IMG/VR virus record: IMGVR_UViG_3300032024_000093
Coordinates: 1-42,757 of that record
Reading direction: 5' to 3' (one strand)
DNA: 42,757 bases
Origin: a virus
Lineage: Duplodnaviria > Caudoviricetes
Part shown: positions 27,449 through 35,944 of the stretch, piece by piece
Layout of the letters: each line of letters opens with the position of its first letter
How positions within the stretch are numbered: the stretch's first letter is position 1
Program-made: the position numbers and the translations under genes
The notes under the pieces: generated by a model
The model's input: only the letters and a program-made list of their open reading frames with translations
Told to the model about the DNA's origin: nothing
The model's database searches: none

Positions 27449-28100
27449 AACAATAGAACATCTAGTAATTGGATACGGAGAAGTGGGAAAGGCTATTGCT
27501 AAAGTCTTTGATGCATTCTCCGCAGATAAAGATTCAAACTATAATGACATGTCATTTAACGTGGAGTATCTACACATCTGCTTCCCTTACAGTGAAGAGT
27601 TTGTATCAGAAGTTAAAGCATACCAACAAAGGTTCAAACCGACATATACCATAATCCATTCCACTGTTCCAGTCACTACATCTAGAAAAGTAGGAGCAAT
27701 CCATTCTCCAATTAGAGGGATTCACCCTAACCTCTACGAAGGTATCATGACTTTCGAAAAGTTTTTAGGGGGTGAGGATGCTAGCATGGTTGCTGATGAG
27801 TTTAGAAAGCATGGGCTAAAAGTAATTCTATTCGATACACAGGAAGCAACAGAACTGGGTAAACTACTAGATACAGAATACTACCGAGCTTGTATAGAAT
27901 TTACGTTAAGAGCGAAAGAGCACTGTGATCGATTGGGATTATCATTCCACGAAGTGTACACGCTCTTCAACGAAACCTATAACAAAGGATACGCAAAGTT
28001 AGATCACCCTGAATATGTTAGACCAGTACTTCAACCAATCATGAAAGAAATCGGAGGACACTGCGTCATTCCCAATTCTAAACTTATTAACAAGTTATAA
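27441..28100 (+). CDS. UDP-glucose/GDP-mannose dehydrogenase family protein (short form)
   Basis: VIGYGEVG Rossmann motif, IIHSTVP, HSP, ELGKL, GGHCV catalytic Cys; C-terminal domain absent. Confidence 0.8.
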   Translation: MNKTIEHLVIGYGEVGKAIAKVFDAFSADKDSNYNDMSFNVEYLHICFPYSEEFVSEVKAYQQRFKPTYTIIHSTVPVTTSRKVGAIHSPIRGIHPNLYEGIMTFEKFLGGEDASMVADEFRKHGLKVILFDTQEATELGKLLDTEYYRACIEFTLRAKEHCDRLGLSFHEVYTLFNETYNKGYAKLDHPEYVRPVLQPIMKEIGGHCVIPNSKLINKL

Positions 28101-28111
28101 ACAGTCTATCA

Positions 28112-28139
28112 TTTACAAATACTAATAAAATGATAAAGT
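28112..28139 (+). promoter_or_regulatory. Promoter for the recombination/replication operon (probably leaderless)
   Basis: TTTACA-16 nt-TAAAGT with TGn extension; ATG 7 nt downstream. Confidence 0.6.
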
Positions 28140-28146
28140 AACAAAT

Positions 28147-28992
28147 ATGGAAAAAACAATCGACCAAAAAGTTTACAAGTTCTACAATGAAAAAAATGAA
28201 CACCTTCACACGTTAGAGGGTAAACCTTTAGTTGGGACAAGTGGGGTTGTAAAAGTAGTTTCGATTCCTCTTACTTGGTGGGCATCTGGACACGCTGTCA
28301 AAATACTTGGAATCACTGACCCAAAACTAATTACTAAAATAAAAAGAAAGACAGCAACAAAAGCAGAAATAGAAGAACTTAAAAATTCAGTCGGATCTAA
28401 ATTAGAAGAAATTAAGCTCATGGACGTTGACCAGTTCTATGATCTATTAGACTTGGCTTATAGAGCTCACAGTACTTCATTAGCAGAATCAGCAGATGCT
28501 GGAACTGATTTGCATGCCGAGCTAGAAAGATTTGTCAAAGACCGTATTGAAGGTTTCGATATTGACAAACCAGTCAAAGCATATCACCCAAGAATTAAAC
28601 CATTCATTGAATGGTACACTGCAAATGTTAAGCAGCCTCTCTGGTCAGAAAGCCACTGTTTCTCTAGAGAGTATTGGTTGGGAGGAATTTGCGACTTTGG
28701 TTTCATTGACAACAAAGACCAAGTCGGAATCATGGACTTCAAAAGTGCCAAAGATGCCTATCCAGCTCACTTCTGGCAATGTGCTGGATACGATATTCAG
28801 TTTAGTGAAAATGGTGGATTCACTTCTGATGGTGTAAAAGTATTCGATCTCCCAAAGCCAGTTAGTTACTATGCAGTGTTTCCCTTTGGCATGGATCACC
28901 CCGTGCCGAAGTTTGATTACGACGTAGAGGGGTGTAGAGATGCATTCCTTGCATGCCTTCTACTTTATAAGAAGCTTAATGCAAACAATTAA
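28147..28992 (+). CDS. PD-(D/E)XK exonuclease
   Basis: ADAGTDLHAELE, SE, GGICD, IMDFKS, QCAGY. Confidence 0.8.
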   Translation: MEKTIDQKVYKFYNEKNEHLHTLEGKPLVGTSGVVKVVSIPLTWWASGHAVKILGITDPKLITKIKRKTATKAEIEELKNSVGSKLEEIKLMDVDQFYDLLDLAYRAHSTSLAESADAGTDLHAELERFVKDRIEGFDIDKPVKAYHPRIKPFIEWYTANVKQPLWSESHCFSREYWLGGICDFGFIDNKDQVGIMDFKSAKDAYPAHFWQCAGYDIQFSENGGFTSDGVKVFDLPKPVSYYAVFPFGMDHPVPKFDYDVEGCRDAFLACLLLYKKLNANN

Positions 28993-28993
28993 C

Positions 28994-29104
28994 ATGATTA
29001 CAGACGAGTTAGATAATGATTTAGAAGATGAAGAATTAGATGAAGATTTAGATCTTGATGAAGATGAGGAAGAAGAGGATTTATTAGAAGATGATATAGC
29101 ATAA
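28994..29104 (+). CDS. Extremely acidic 36-aa peptide
   Basis: Not in the track: MITDELDNDLEDEELDEDLDLDEDEEEEDLLEDDIA (23/36 Asp/Glu); fills the intergenic gap exactly. Confidence 0.6.
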   Translation: MITDELDNDLEDEELDEDLDLDEDEEEEDLLEDDIA

Positions 29105-29108
29105 TAAA

Positions 29109-29609
29109 ATGAAATACACATCAAACACTGGAGCAGGCGGGGCATGGGTAGATAAGAAAGTTCTATCAACTGGTCAGAGAGCTAAAATTGTGAGTGAGAC
29201 TAAACCACAAGCATCTAACTATAAAGATAAGAACGGAAACCCAACAACACAAGATGTTGCAAAGGTCAGATTCGAAGGTCTCCCAGAAGCAGTAAATGTT
29301 AACATTAATAAACCAAACATTGCCGCTCTTATAGAAGCATTTGGGGATGATTCTACAAATTGGCAAGGTCATTACCTTACTGTAGAATTAGAGAAAGTTA
29401 GGATCGGAGGTAAAGCAGTCACAGCACTCTACTTAATTCCAGAAGGCTATAAGAAAATGGACGATGAGAACGGCTATGCAGTAGTTGTAAAGGCGGATGT
29501 CAAGGAGAATATCCAAACTCCACCATCAGCACCAGCAACAACAATACCGACACGGGGAGATGTTGAATATCCTAAGGACGATATAGACCCTAACGACATA
29601 CCATTTTAA
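29109..29609 (+). CDS. Putative single-stranded DNA-binding protein
   Basis: Beta-rich body and acidic C-terminal DDIDPNDIPF tail; next to the exonuclease. Confidence 0.7.
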   Translation: MKYTSNTGAGGAWVDKKVLSTGQRAKIVSETKPQASNYKDKNGNPTTQDVAKVRFEGLPEAVNVNINKPNIAALIEAFGDDSTNWQGHYLTVELEKVRIGGKAVTALYLIPEGYKKMDDENGYAVVVKADVKENIQTPPSAPATTIPTRGDVEYPKDDIDPNDIPF

Positions 29610-29614
29610 CTAGC

Positions 29615-29965
29615 ATGAGTACTAAAGTCACAGTAGATGTTATTCTAGATACTCTCCAGGAATGGGTAGAGGGAAAGCACCCAATTGGAGCAAGTACGTG
29701 GCTTGATGCTGCAGCTAAGTTGATCGTGTTAATAGGTCATGAACAGGAAGAGCTATTCCTACTAGAACAGAAGATAGCTCAGAAGAAGCTTGAATTCGTA
29801 GAAGCTGGAGATTCAGTAGCCAAAGCAAAAGTACGAATTGAAGGGTTGGATGAGTTCGTAGAATCTAGAAAATTAGAAGCAAAAATCGACCGTGTCACTG
29901 AGTTAGTCAGGATCTCAAAACTCCAGGCAAGAATGAGTGATGATAACTTACAAAACCAAAGATGA
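29615..29965 (+). CDS. Helical hypothetical protein (possibly recombination mediator-like)
   Basis: 116-aa coiled protein following SSB. Confidence 0.5.
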   Translation: MSTKVTVDVILDTLQEWVEGKHPIGASTWLDAAAKLIVLIGHEQEELFLLEQKIAQKKLEFVEAGDSVAKAKVRIEGLDEFVESRKLEAKIDRVTELVRISKLQARMSDDNLQNQR

Positions 29966-30222
29966 ATTCAAAAATTAACGAAATAGACACAGGAAGATAC
30001 TACTCTGCTTCAGATGTTGTTAAGAAGGGTTGGACTCTGTGGAGTGCAGTACTTTCCTTTACTACGTTTCTTAATACTGATGAAGGTAAGAGACTCTATA
30101 AACCAATTATCTTCACCCAGGGAGCAGTTAGGAGATATAAAATTCACGGATCTGCTATTAGAGAAGTTTTAGAAATGGCAGATAAGGGAGAACTTAAAAT
30201 CGACCATGTCAAGAATACATAA
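29962..30222 (+). CDS. Putative winged-HTH DNA-binding protein
   Basis: RYYSASDVV..RRYKIHGSAI, an excisionase/MerR-like pattern. Confidence 0.5.
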   Translation: MNSKINEIDTGRYYSASDVVKKGWTLWSAVLSFTTFLNTDEGKRLYKPIIFTQGAVRRYKIHGSAIREVLEMADKGELKIDHVKNT

Positions 30223-31030
30223 CATAATTGAAAAACAAAAAGAATTTCAGAGATCAGTAGGGTTTCCCATCGATTCAATTACTGAATCAGATCGAAACGA
30301 AATGAGTGAGAAGTATGTATTTAAGCTCATTGAAGAAGCTGTTGAGTTAAGAAAGGAGTTTCCATCTGTCATGAATCCTTGGAGTAAGAAACAGAAACCA
30401 GCAGACATTCAGAGGGTTAAAGAAGAATTTGCTGATGTAGTCCTGTTCCTTACTAACCTTGCAATCGTATGGAAACTCTCCCCAGATGACATACTTGAAA
30501 TAGTTGAATATGTCCAAGGAAGAAACTTCACTGGACTTAAGAAGAGAATGATGGATCTACTAAACTCTGACATTCTAAAAATACCAGGTAGAATTTCTGG
30601 TATTGGTAGTGGTAATCTATCTCCTAAATATGTATTCGTTGGTCAGAACCCGGGTAAGAATATCACTCAGGGATATAAGTTCTGGAGTGATCTAGAAGAA
30701 GGATCTAGTAAGATACTACTTCCAATACTTGAAGAGTATGGTGTTCTAAAAGACTGCTACTTTACAAATGTTGTTAAATGTGTAACTACAAACAACGAGG
30801 AGCCTAGTATAGAAATGACGGACTTTTACTCGGAGTTTTTACTAAAGGAACTTGAGGTTCTTAAGATCTCAAACCCAGATGTAAAAATTATTGCAATGGG
30901 TCAGTGGACAAGTGCTCAGCTTGACAAGTTAATGGGAAAGAGGGTAGATTCAATACCACACCCGGCTAGTATGTTCTACGGTGGAGACTTAGAAATGTAT
31001 AAGAAACAAATCCATGACAAACTTACCTAG
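30206..31030 (+). CDS. All-alpha NTP pyrophosphatase (MazG/dUTPase-like) fused to a uracil-DNA glycosylase family domain
   Basis: IEEAVEL..KEEFADVVLF in the N half; FVGQNPG, YFTNVVKC, IIAMG and IPHPA in the C half. Confidence 0.85.
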   Translation: MSRIHNIIEKQKEFQRSVGFPIDSITESDRNEMSEKYVFKLIEEAVELRKEFPSVMNPWSKKQKPADIQRVKEEFADVVLFLTNLAIVWKLSPDDILEIVEYVQGRNFTGLKKRMMDLLNSDILKIPGRISGIGSGNLSPKYVFVGQNPGKNITQGYKFWSDLEEGSSKILLPILEEYGVLKDCYFTNVVKCVTTNNEEPSIEMTDFYSEFLLKELEVLKISNPDVKIIAMGQWTSAQLDKLMGKRVDSIPHPASMFYGGDLEMYKKQIHDKLT

Positions 31031-31520
31031 ACATATTATCATCGATGGTGCAGATGGACTCGGTAAAACTACCATCTGTCAAAAACTAGGACGGATGCTT
31101 CAGATGCCGGTGATTAAGATGCCTAACATGAAAGAGTATATAAGTAAGGGATCTGCTGAAGAATTTTCAAAGCTATTCAACGAAACAATTGTGCAGTTCT
31201 CTGAATATGATTTCATTCTAGACAGGGGATTTACTTCATCACTCGCCTACTCAAGAGTTCATAACAGGAAGTTTGATCTATCCTATACTGACTTAATTGA
31301 AAACATACTTCAACCAAAAGTTTTCATTCTCACAGGACGTGTTGATAAGGGGTGGAAGTACTTTAGGGGTGATGACATCTTCAACAACTCTGACACTGAG
31401 CAGGTTGACCGGGCTTTCCTACTTTTAGCAAATGACAGAAGATACAATGTCATTGAGGTAAACGGAAAATCTCCAGATGAAATTGTAAGACATATCGTAA
31501 ATGAATGTTATGACAACTAA
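31014..31520 (+). CDS. Deoxynucleoside monophosphate (thymidylate-like) kinase
   Basis: IIIDGADGLGKTT P-loop; ILDRGFTSSLAY. Confidence 0.85.
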   Translation: MTNLPRHIIIDGADGLGKTTICQKLGRMLQMPVIKMPNMKEYISKGSAEEFSKLFNETIVQFSEYDFILDRGFTSSLAYSRVHNRKFDLSYTDLIENILQPKVFILTGRVDKGWKYFRGDDIFNNSDTEQVDRAFLLLANDRRYNVIEVNGKSPDEIVRHIVNECYDN

Positions 31521-32439
31521 AAAATACATCATCGGAGCAGGAATCACTGGACTTGTTTGGAAGTACTACCACCCAGAATTCAAAATAATCTCCCCAGACA
31601 TTGGAGGTGATTACGCCAGGTCTTATCTAGTATGGCTTCATGACACATACGAAACAAGAAAACTACTGAAAGATCTTAGTTTGAAAATTAAACCCAAGGA
31701 GAGCTACATCGGATACTACAATAATGGGTGGTTGACTGATTCTCTTTCTACAGACATGAACCTTCTAATGATTCAGAAGAAAATGACCCCTTGGAATCTC
31801 CCAGTTGATAAGTCTTTTGTCCCAAAGACAAATGACTTAAGTCTGTCTTCTGGGGCATTAATGGGTACTAATTACATGAATACCCTAGATGTAGATTTGG
31901 GGGAAGTTATTAAAAAACTTAATGAAAAAGCCGACGTCATAAAAGGGTTCGTCACCCAAATAGATGAAAATAGAATCTTCATAAAAGATGATCTAGGAGA
32001 CAAAGGAGGGGTCTACAAAGAGTATGACAAACTAGTCACGACTATCTCAGCTCCTCTTTTCTGGAAAGCATGGGGACAAGAAAAAGAATTCAAATGCCTA
32101 CCGATTACAAATATTATTGTAGAAAACCGGCCTAGTGTATTTGATGATAAATACGAAATGATCTACTACGATGACTCTCAGGCATTCTCAAGGGTATCTC
32201 ACATTGATGGTAAGTATGCTCTTGAGTTCACTGGAATCATGGATAAGGAAGAGTTTGAAGAACTGTTCCCAGATCTTAAAATAGTAGATTACTTCATTGC
32301 TTACCAGGGTAGGATCTTTGAAAACCAAGAGAACCTATCTCCTTCTAGCAAGATCATCTTCTCGGGAAGATTTAGTACTTGGCGCTATGGCGTAACGTCT
32401 GAGCATGTAATTGCACAGGCAATTAACTACCAAGAATGA
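31510..32439 (+). CDS. FAD-dependent protein, UDP-galactopyranose mutase/HemY-like
   Basis: IIGAGITGL dinucleotide-binding motif, YDKLVTTIS, C-terminal GRFSTWRY; start may be 31501 or 31510. Confidence 0.7.
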   Translation: MTTKKYIIGAGITGLVWKYYHPEFKIISPDIGGDYARSYLVWLHDTYETRKLLKDLSLKIKPKESYIGYYNNGWLTDSLSTDMNLLMIQKKMTPWNLPVDKSFVPKTNDLSLSSGALMGTNYMNTLDVDLGEVIKKLNEKADVIKGFVTQIDENRIFIKDDLGDKGGVYKEYDKLVTTISAPLFWKAWGQEKEFKCLPITNIIVENRPSVFDDKYEMIYYDDSQAFSRVSHIDGKYALEFTGIMDKEEFEELFPDLKIVDYFIAYQGRIFENQENLSPSSKIIFSGRFSTWRYGVTSEHVIAQAINYQE

Positions 32440-32957
32440 AAAGAGGATCAAAAATGACAAAAGAGTCAAGGTTGAAAGTTTCAAGATCGGTAAAACTTCT
32501 CTGGAGAAATCCAAACTATTCCAAACAGCACTACAAAACTAAATGGAATAGAAAAGGAGATTACCGAGATATTCATTACTGGTTAAAGTGGAAGTACGGT
32601 CCAGCTTCTAAGTGTGAGAATATTAGATGTTCTGGTAAAATTCGAAATTATGCTTGGTGCTTAGTTAAGGGTGGGAAGTATGATTATAAGAAATCAAACT
32701 TCAAGCAGTTATGTAAGTCGTGTCATGTGAAATACGATATGACTAAAAACTGGAGAAAAAGAGTAGGAGATGGTCACCGAGGATTAAAATATAACAAATT
32801 AATTACAATGAGTAAAAATAAAATAGTAGCAGTCAATAAAAACAATGGAAGTAAGTATGTCAAGTGTGTATGCAAAAACGGACTCTGCAGAGTTGCAACA
32901 AGGAAGTCTAAAAGCACGTGGCTTATTAGTAGAAAATCAGTAAGCTTAGTAAAGTAA
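32436..32957 (+). CDS. HNH homing endonuclease-like protein
   Basis: YRDIHYWL, CENIRC, QLCKSCHVKYD; basic; NUMOD-like N-terminus. Confidence 0.7.
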   Translation: MKRGSKMTKESRLKVSRSVKLLWRNPNYSKQHYKTKWNRKGDYRDIHYWLKWKYGPASKCENIRCSGKIRNYAWCLVKGGKYDYKKSNFKQLCKSCHVKYDMTKNWRKRVGDGHRGLKYNKLITMSKNKIVAVNKNNGSKYVKCVCKNGLCRVATRKSKSTWLISRKSVSLVK

Positions 32958-32958
32958 C

Positions 32959-33864
32959 ATGAAAATACTCGTCACTGGAAGTAGTGGAATGATAGGTTCT
33001 GAATTAGTACCGGCTCTTGAAGCAGCAGGGCACTTTGTAGCAGGGGTAGATAAAGTTAAACCCAGTTTTACTAAGTGTGAGAATTTTGTACAGGGAAACC
33101 TGTTACAGACAGTCAATGACTCTGTCAGAAAAGATTCAGAATCTGAATGGGACCTGATCATTCATCTAGCAGCAAATGCAAGAGTTTGGGAATTAGTAGA
33201 AAATCCAGATCTTGCATTAGAAAACGTCATAACAACTCATAATGTTTTCGAGTATGCAAGAAAAACAGGAGCTAAAAGGGTAATGATTGCCTCTTCACGA
33301 GAAGTGTATGGTAATGGCAATCTCCTTCCGGTTGATGAGCATGTTGGATCTCAAAGAAGTTGTGAGAGTGCATACTCTGCAAGTAAAATCTTTGGTGAAT
33401 CATACGCATGGGCATACGAGAAGTGCTACGGTATAGATACCAAAATCATAAGATTCTCTAACGTCTATGGTAAGTATGACTTCTCTGATAGATTTATCCC
33501 TAAGGTCATTAAACAACTTAAGGATAACCATCAAGTTGAAGTCTGGGGAAAGAATAAAGTTCTAGACTTCACATATATCACAGATGCGGTTGATGGAGTT
33601 ATCCATCTAGTCAATAGCTGGGAAGAACTTGGGCCAAAGAAAGAATGGAACATTGCTTCGGGAGTCGGATATAACCTAGTTGAGGTTGCTGAAGTACTTA
33701 AAAAAATGTTAGACTCTAAATCTAATATTAAAGTAGGAGAATCCCACCCCGGAGAAGTGTTCGAGTATACTGCAGATATTAATAGCATGGCATCCATTGG
33801 ATGGAAACCTAAGGTCGGTCTAATGGATGGACTTAAAAAATCAATAGAATACTATGCCTCATAA
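32959..33864 (+). CDS. NAD-dependent nucleotide-sugar epimerase/dehydratase (extended SDR)
   Basis: ILVTGSSGMIG, IIHLAA, ASSREVYG, YSASK, RFSNVYG, DFTYITD. Confidence 0.9.
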   Translation: MKILVTGSSGMIGSELVPALEAAGHFVAGVDKVKPSFTKCENFVQGNLLQTVNDSVRKDSESEWDLIIHLAANARVWELVENPDLALENVITTHNVFEYARKTGAKRVMIASSREVYGNGNLLPVDEHVGSQRSCESAYSASKIFGESYAWAYEKCYGIDTKIIRFSNVYGKYDFSDRFIPKVIKQLKDNHQVEVWGKNKVLDFTYITDAVDGVIHLVNSWEELGPKKEWNIASGVGYNLVEVAEVLKKMLDSKSNIKVGESHPGEVFEYTADINSMASIGWKPKVGLMDGLKKSIEYYAS

Positions 33865-34810
33865 CCAATCACTAACACCTAAAAAGAAAGCCTTCCCGGT
33901 TCGCCTTAATCAGGTACCACTTACTCGATTCAAAGACTATAGGAGTTCCATAAGAGTAACTCTTAGAGATCCAGAACCAAGTGAGACGATGATGAATAGG
34001 ATCTACTCCTTCGTTAAAGCAACATGGGCTGATACCCCTGAAGAACTTGCAAATGCAACCAGAGAACAGAAGGAAGATGCTCTTAACCAGATGTTATCAG
34101 GTAAGGCTCTAGGTTTAGGTCTTGAGACTGTAAACCTCACATTCATGATAGCAGGAATCTCACACATTGATGCTCAGCAGATCACTAGACAGAGAGTAGG
34201 TGTTACTTTCTCTGCTCAATGTACCGGAGATAGATTCCTTAATCATAATGATGTACTTGTCGAAGAATGTATTGCTCAAGATCCCGAACTACTTGAAGAC
34301 TTTATCAATACGACTCTTCAAGCAAAGATGAGCTACGCTAAAATGGTAGACTCTAAAAAGGTATCAATTCAGGCAGCTAGGAGTATACTACCTCGAAACA
34401 TAGAAACGTTCTACAACATGCATACGAACCTAGCAACACTCCTATTCTTCCACCAAAAGAGAATAGAGAATGAAAGTCAGACTTGGCAAATGAACGTAGT
34501 GGCTCAACAGATGGCAGATGAAGTAATTAAAGCCTATCCTCAACTTGCACCTGTCTTCGAAAAAAACAAAACTCGATTCAAGTTTCAGAAAGAAGCAGCA
34601 GCAGATAGAGCAAATTCATTCTCTACAAGCCTGTATATTCCTGAGGTTGATGAATTTGACTACCACCGAGATGACTTCCTCTACAACCAAACGAAGAAGG
34701 AAATGCACTACACGAATACTCCAATGAAAGATAGATTCTTCAAAGGAACTGAAGAAATCTCAGGGGTATTGTATTCAGAGCTTCTTAAGACCGATAATAG
34801 AAATGCGTAA
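33854..34810 (+). CDS. Divergent flavin-dependent thymidylate synthase (ThyX-like)
   Basis: LETVNLTFMIAGISH..QQITRQRVGVTFSAQC, QAARSILP, TNLATLLFF..KR, QTWQM. Confidence 0.75.
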   Translation: MPHNQSLTPKKKAFPVRLNQVPLTRFKDYRSSIRVTLRDPEPSETMMNRIYSFVKATWADTPEELANATREQKEDALNQMLSGKALGLGLETVNLTFMIAGISHIDAQQITRQRVGVTFSAQCTGDRFLNHNDVLVEECIAQDPELLEDFINTTLQAKMSYAKMVDSKKVSIQAARSILPRNIETFYNMHTNLATLLFFHQKRIENESQTWQMNVVAQQMADEVIKAYPQLAPVFEKNKTRFKFQKEAAADRANSFSTSLYIPEVDEFDYHRDDFLYNQTKKEMHYTNTPMKDRFFKGTEEISGVLYSELLKTDNRNA

Positions 34811-35366
34811 GACTCTTAAACCAACACTACTTTGGTTAGACATTGATGATGCTTCTCATGGTAGAGAACCTCGTCAATATAGAGCACTCGTTGATAGACT
34901 CTATAGAGACATAAAGAAAAACGGATTCGTTCAGAAAGATAAGAGGTTCAATAGAAAAGTCTGGGCACTACCGGGGCACTTCATTATCATAAAAGATATT
35001 GCTACTAAAGTATATCTTTTACAACAAAGTCTCCTTCGTAAATACGCAGATGATTGGAACCGAATGTCTATTAGCTTTCTCAAGGCTTGTCAAGAAGCAA
35101 AGAAAGATCCAAACTCTAGACAGTTAGTAGTCTTCAATGATGCTAACTTCGATAAAGTTCATCAGTGTTTCACTCACATGCAGTTCGTATATACTGCAAG
35201 AAATGAATTCGACCTGTATGTTTACCAAAGATCTGCTGACATGGTAAAGCTAAAAGATGATTTAACATTTTTTGCTCATGTTGGTCAGCTGTTTGAGACT
35301 GAGGTAAAAAAGAAAGTTACTAAAATTGTAGTGGTATATGGAAACGTACACTTCACAAAAGAATGA
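34803..35366 (+). CDS. Truncated thymidylate synthase / dCMP hydroxymethylase-fold protein
   Basis: DPNSRQLV, HQCFTHMQF (catalytic Cys), VYQRSAD, KDD at the Asn/Asp specificity site, YGNVHF. Confidence 0.75.
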   Translation: MRKTLKPTLLWLDIDDASHGREPRQYRALVDRLYRDIKKNGFVQKDKRFNRKVWALPGHFIIIKDIATKVYLLQQSLLRKYADDWNRMSISFLKACQEAKKDPNSRQLVVFNDANFDKVHQCFTHMQFVYTARNEFDLYVYQRSADMVKLKDDLTFFAHVGQLFETEVKKKVTKIVVVYGNVHFTKE

Positions 35367-35944
35367 AAAAATATAAAGTCATCTACGTCGATCCACCATG
35401 GGAATTCTTTACGAAAAAACCACACGGAGATAGACCGGGTAGTGAAGATCACTATGGAAAACTGACTTTAGATGAACTAAAGTCAATAGACATTTCTCAT
35501 CTTATCGATGAGAGAGGGTGTTTTCTGTTTATGTGGACTACTAATATAATCCTACCGTGGTCTTTAGAGCTGATGAAACACTGGGGGTTCACTTACAGAT
35601 CTAAATTGACATGGGTCAAACCAGTGATGGGATTAGGATACTACTTTCGTTCAGCGTCAGAAGACTTGCTAGTAGGAAAAATAGGTAAGGGGACTTTCAG
35701 ATTTAAGTCTCAACCAAGTTGGTTGATGGCACCGAGACAGGAACATTCTAGAAAACCAGAAGAGGTTTACTCAATAATCGAAAGAGTTGCAGATGGGCCA
35801 TACTTAGAAATGTTTGCAAGGTCGAAAAGAGAGGGTTGGGATATATGGGGAAACGAACTTCCATCAGATATTGAATTATCAGTAGAAAACCGAGGGGATA
35901 GTAAACAGAAAACTGAATATGAATTCACAACTCATAAAAAATAA
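35363..35944 (+). CDS. MT-A70 family N6-adenine methyltransferase
   Basis: VIYVDPPW, LFMWTT, WGFTY, EHSRKP, LEMFAR, WGNE. Confidence 0.92.
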   Translation: MKKYKVIYVDPPWEFFTKKPHGDRPGSEDHYGKLTLDELKSIDISHLIDERGCFLFMWTTNIILPWSLELMKHWGFTYRSKLTWVKPVMGLGYYFRSASEDLLVGKIGKGTFRFKSQPSWLMAPRQEHSRKPEEVYSIIERVADGPYLEMFARSKREGWDIWGNELPSDIELSVENRGDSKQKTEYEFTTHKK

